DNA from: an uncultured delta proteobacterium
GTDB taxonomy: Bacteria; Desulfobacterota; Binatia; DP-6
Assembly (NCBI GenBank): GCA_963815115.1
Contig: CAWFFN010000008.1
Location: 128,001 to 192,000 of the forward strand
Direction: 5' to 3'
DNA length: 64,000 nt
This document shows positions 60,737 to 64,000 of this stretch, piece after piece. The notes under the pieces are model-generated. The model did not search any database. It had not been told where the DNA came from and was given only the letters and a program-made list of their open reading frames with translations. The translations under genes and the position numbers were made by a program. Within the stretch, counting starts at the first letter, position 1. The number at the start of each line of letters is the position of its first letter.

Positions 60737-62390
60737 CTAGACCGAGATGGCGTCCTTGCGGAAGTCGCTGCGCCCGATCTTCACGTTGACCACCGCCGGC
60801 TTGCCGGCCGACAGGGCGCGCTCGAGCGCCGGGCGGATCCGGTCCGGCGTCTCCACCCACTCGCCATGGCCGCCGAGCGCCTCGATCATGAGATCGTAGC
60901 GGCTGTGGGTGAGCTTGCACGCCGGGGTGCGGTCGGGGCCGTACATCTGCTCCTGACCGCGCAGGATCTGCATCCACGCCGCGTCGTTGCCGATGACGCC
61001 GACGATGTTGATCTTCTGGCGGATGCAAGCCTCGAACTCCATCATGTTGAGCCCGAAGGCCCCGTCGCCGTACATGATGATCACGTCGCTCTTCGGGCTG
61101 GCGAGCTTCGCCGCCATGGCGTAGCCGGGCCCGGTGCCGAGCGTGCCGAGCGGCCCGGCGTCGAGCCAGTGGCCGAAGCCGCGCGGGCGCAGCACGTTGG
61201 CCGCCGAGCCGACGAAGTCGCCCCCGTCGCCGATCAGGATGGTGTCGGGAGTGACCAGCCTGTCGACCTCGGCGCACACCCGCAGCGGGTCGATCGGCAC
61301 CTGGTCGGAGGCGAGCTGCGGGCGGAGCTTCTCCCACTTTCCGGTCTCGAGCGCGCGGAGCTCCTCGAGCCACGCCCGCGACAGCACGGGACTCCACTTG
61401 GCGCCGCGCGCGCACCCGGTGAGCGCTTCCATGACCAGCCCGGTGTCGCCGATGATGCCGACGTCGCAGCCGCGGTTCTTGCCCAGCTCGCTTGCCGTCG
61501 AGGTCGACGTGGATCAGCTTGGCGGCGGGATTGATGTGCGAGCTGCGGCCGTAGCCGATGCGGAAGTCGAGCGGCGTACCGAAGATCATGACGACGTCGG
61601 CGCTGCTTGAGCGCGTCCTTGCGGGTCTGCGAGGAACCAGTGCGGATCGCCGGGGTCGAGGCTGCCGCGCGCCTGCCCGTTGACGTACACCGGCATGCCG
61701 AAGGTGCGCACGAACTCCGGATAGGCCTCGCGCCGGCGCGACCAGAAGAGCTGGCTTCCGACCAGGCAGACCGGGCGCTCGGCGCCGCGCAGCAGCTCGA
61801 AGGCCTTCTCGACGAAGCGCGGATCGGGCCCCACGCCCGCCTCGGTGCGGTAGTGGGCGGCTCACCACGACGTCGTCGTCGTTCACCGTGTCGAAGAGGA
61901 AGTCGAGCGGCATCTCCAGGAAGACCGGCCCCGGCACGTTGGTGGTGGCGACGCGGAAGGCCGTGGAGACGTACTCCGCCGAGGCGGCGGGCGCTCGGCA
62001 CCGACACGGCCCACTTGGTGATCGGGCCGCATCAGCTCGACGTGGTTCATGTCCTGCAGCCCGCCCATGTCCTGGAACAGGCGCGGCGCCTGGCCGCCGA
62101 TGATGACCATCGGGATGTTGGCGCGCCAGGCGCGTGGCGACGCCGGTCACCGCGTCGGTCAGCCCGGGACCGGCGGTCACCACGGCGACCCCGGGCTGCC
62201 CGGTGACCCGCGCCCAGCCGTCCGCGGCGTGCGCCGCCGTCTGCTCGTGGCGCACGTCGATCACGCCGATGCCCTCGTCGAGGCAGCCGTCGTAGATCGA
62301 CATCACGTGCCCGCCGCAGAGCGTGAAGATGAAGGGCACGCTCTCCTGCTTGAGCGCGCGCGCGACGATCCGTCCTCCGTGCATCGGCAT
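60737..62390 (-). CDS. Thiamine diphosphate-dependent enzyme, acetolactate synthase-like/ILVBL-HACL type; several apparent frameshifts
   Basis: FTLCGGH, DVRHEQ, TAGPG, DGGDFV, GTLG, GDGAFG...NDAAW. Confidence 0.85.
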
Positions 62391-62407
62391 GGGTCCCCCG
62401 CTCGGCT

Positions 62408-63421
62408 TCAGGAGCCGATCTCGATCTCCCTGATGTCGGGGATCTGCTCGCGCAGATAGGCGCCGAGACGCTTCTTGAGGCGCGCCTCGATCTGCCGAAC
62501 CCGCTCGCGGCTGATGCCGTACTCGTCGCCGATCTCCTGCAGCGTGACCGGCTCCTCGTCGCGCATCAACGCCTCGAGGCGTCGCTCGAAGATCACCAGA
62601 TCCTTCCCCGTGAGCGTCTTCTCGAACTCCACCGTCTTCTCGCGCACGAGGCGATGATACTCCTCATCGGCGACGGTCTCGGCAGTCTGCGTAGGGCCAG
62701 GCAGAAAATCAAGCAGCGTCGCGTCGCCGCCCTCGTCGAGCGGCGCGTCGACCGAGAGGTCGCGGCCCGCGAGGCGCTGCTCCATCTCGACGACTTCCTT
62801 CTCCTTCACGTCGAGGCGCTGGGCGATCAGCCGGGGCTCGGCGGTGAAGCCCTCGCGCTCGAGGCGCTCGCGCTCCTTCTGCAGGTTGAAGAACAGCTTG
62901 CGCTGCGCTTGCGTCGTGCCGAGCTTCACCATCCGCCAGTTGTTCATGATGTAGCGGATGATGTAGGCGCGCACCCACCACACCGCGTAGGACGGAAAGC
63001 GCACGCCGCGGTAGGGGTCGAAGTTCTTGACCGCCTCCAGGAGGCCGATGTTGCCCTCCTGCACCAGGTCGAGCAGGTTGTGCACGGCGCGCTGGTACTC
63101 GCGCGCGATCATCACGACGAGACGCAGGTTCGAGGTGACCAGACGCACCACCGCCGCGCGGTCCTGGTGCTCGTGCCAGCGCACCGCCAGGGCGTGCTCC
63201 TCCTCGCGCGAGAGCAGCGGGATGCGGCGGATCTCGGTGAGATAGCGCTGCAGCGTGTCGGCGGTGGGGACCGGCACCGCGGCGCCGGCGTCGGGCTCCT
63301 CGGCCGGCGCGTCGATCACCATCGGTTCGCCAGTGTCGCCGTCCGCCAGCACCTCGTCCGGCTCGACGGCCTCCTCGGGTTCGACGACCTGGGGCAGGCG
63401 GCTCTCGACGTCGTCCGCCAC
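62408..63421 (-). CDS. rpoH: RNA polymerase sigma factor, RpoH (sigma32) family
   Basis: SNLRLV, DLVQEGNIGL, YAVWW, RpoH box VKLGTTQAQRKLFFNL, SRERVRQIE. Confidence 0.9.
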   Translation of the reverse strand: MADDVESRLPQVVEPEEAVEPDEVLADGDTGEPMVIDAPAEEPDAGAAVPVPTADTLQRYLTEIRRIPLLSREEEHALAVRWHEHQDRAAVVRLVTSNLRLVVMIAREYQRAVHNLLDLVQEGNIGLLEAVKNFDPYRGVRFPSYAVWWVRAYIIRYIMNNWRMVKLGTTQAQRKLFFNLQKERERLEREGFTAEPRLIAQRLDVKEKEVVEMEQRLAGRDLSVDAPLDEGGDATLLDFLPGPTQTAETVADEEYHRLVREKTVEFEKTLTGKDLVIFERRLEALMRDEEPVTLQEIGDEYGISRERVRQIEARLKKRLGAYLREQIPDIREIEIGS

Positions 63422-63428
63422 GGCTCTC

Positions 63429-64000
63429 CTACAGGCTCAGGTGCGCGCGCGGGTCTTCGCCGTAGGCACGCTCGAGCGCCGCGAGCGCATCGGCGAGCCG
63501 CTCTGCGCTGTCGGCGGGTGGCACCTGCACCATGAGGCGCGCGTAGAGATCGCCCGGCTCGCCGCCCTTCGGGTCGGGCGCGCCCTTGCCACGCAGGCGC
63601 AGGCGCTGCCCGCTCTGACTTCCCGCTGGGACCTTGAGCTGCACCCGGCCGTGCAGGGTCGGCACCGTGATGGTCGCACCGCGCACGGCCTCGGGGACCG
63701 TGATCGGCACCTCGATGGTGAGGTCCTTGCCGTCGCGCTGGATGAGCGGATGCGGCCGCACGCGGACGATGAAGTAGAGGTCGCCCGGCTTGCCGCCGTT
63801 GCGACCCACGCCGCCCTTCCCCGCCACCCGCACCCGCGATCCGTCGCCGACCCCGGCGGGAATCTTGACGCTGAGGCGCTCGCGGGTCTCGACGGTGCCG
63901 GTCCCCCCGCAGGTCGTACAGGCGCGCCGCCCCACGCGTCCGGTTCCCTTGCAGGTGGCGCACGGCGTCGGCCGCCGCACGCTGACCGAGGTGCGCGTAC
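63429..64000 (-). CDS. dnaJ: DnaJ family chaperone, C-terminal part (5' end outside the window)
   Basis: CATCKGTG, CTTCGGTG, VKIPAGV, GDLY, LRLRGKG. Confidence 0.85.
   Translation of the reverse strand, partial: TRTSVSVRRPTPCATCKGTGRVGRRACTTCGGTGTVETRERLSVKIPAGVGDGSRVRVAGKGGVGRNGGKPGDLYFIVRVRPHPLIQRDGKDLTIEVPITVPEAVRGATITVPTLHGRVQLKVPAGSQSGQRLRLRGKGAPDPKGGEPGDLYARLMVQVPPADSAERLADALAALERAYGEDPRAHLSL

Overview
A high-GC bacterial chromosome segment with about 54 genes. The gene style (RpoH next to DnaJ, a deltaproteobacterial-type Fur box, Cys-rich secreted proteins) suggests a deltaproteobacterium-like lineage such as Ca. Binatia; this is inference only. Housekeeping genes (rnhA, argJ, secA, murI, engB, lysA, cinA-like, rpoH, dnaJ) surround and interrupt a large, dispersed type II FAS/PKS lipid or pigment cluster of the aryl-polyene/flexirubin/ladderane-associated kind (about 17.9-59.4 kb). 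It has two KS plus KS-like (CLF) pairs, ACP, FabG, three hotdog dehydratases, a TAL-type ammonia lyase, a flavin halogenase, three B12 radical SAM enzymes, a standalone PKS-type C-methyltransferase, a GT2 and two paralogous acyltransferases. The most unusual element is a NosL-like (3-methyl-2-indolic acid synthase) radical SAM gene beside a PaaK-type acyl-CoA ligase. Other highlights are an FG-GAP/ASPIC-UnbV gene split by an in-frame TGA followed by a bacterial-SECIS-like hairpin (candidate selenoprotein), a chromosomal Sul2-like dihydropteroate synthase, a SecA with a ~280 aa coiled-coil insertion, a perfect Fur-type box, and a small REP-like repeat family. Six genes, including the essential secA, carry clustered single-base frameshifts that are most likely read or assembly errors. 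No rRNA, tRNA, CRISPR array, transposase or integrase was recognised. All family assignments come from motif recognition by eye, not database searches.
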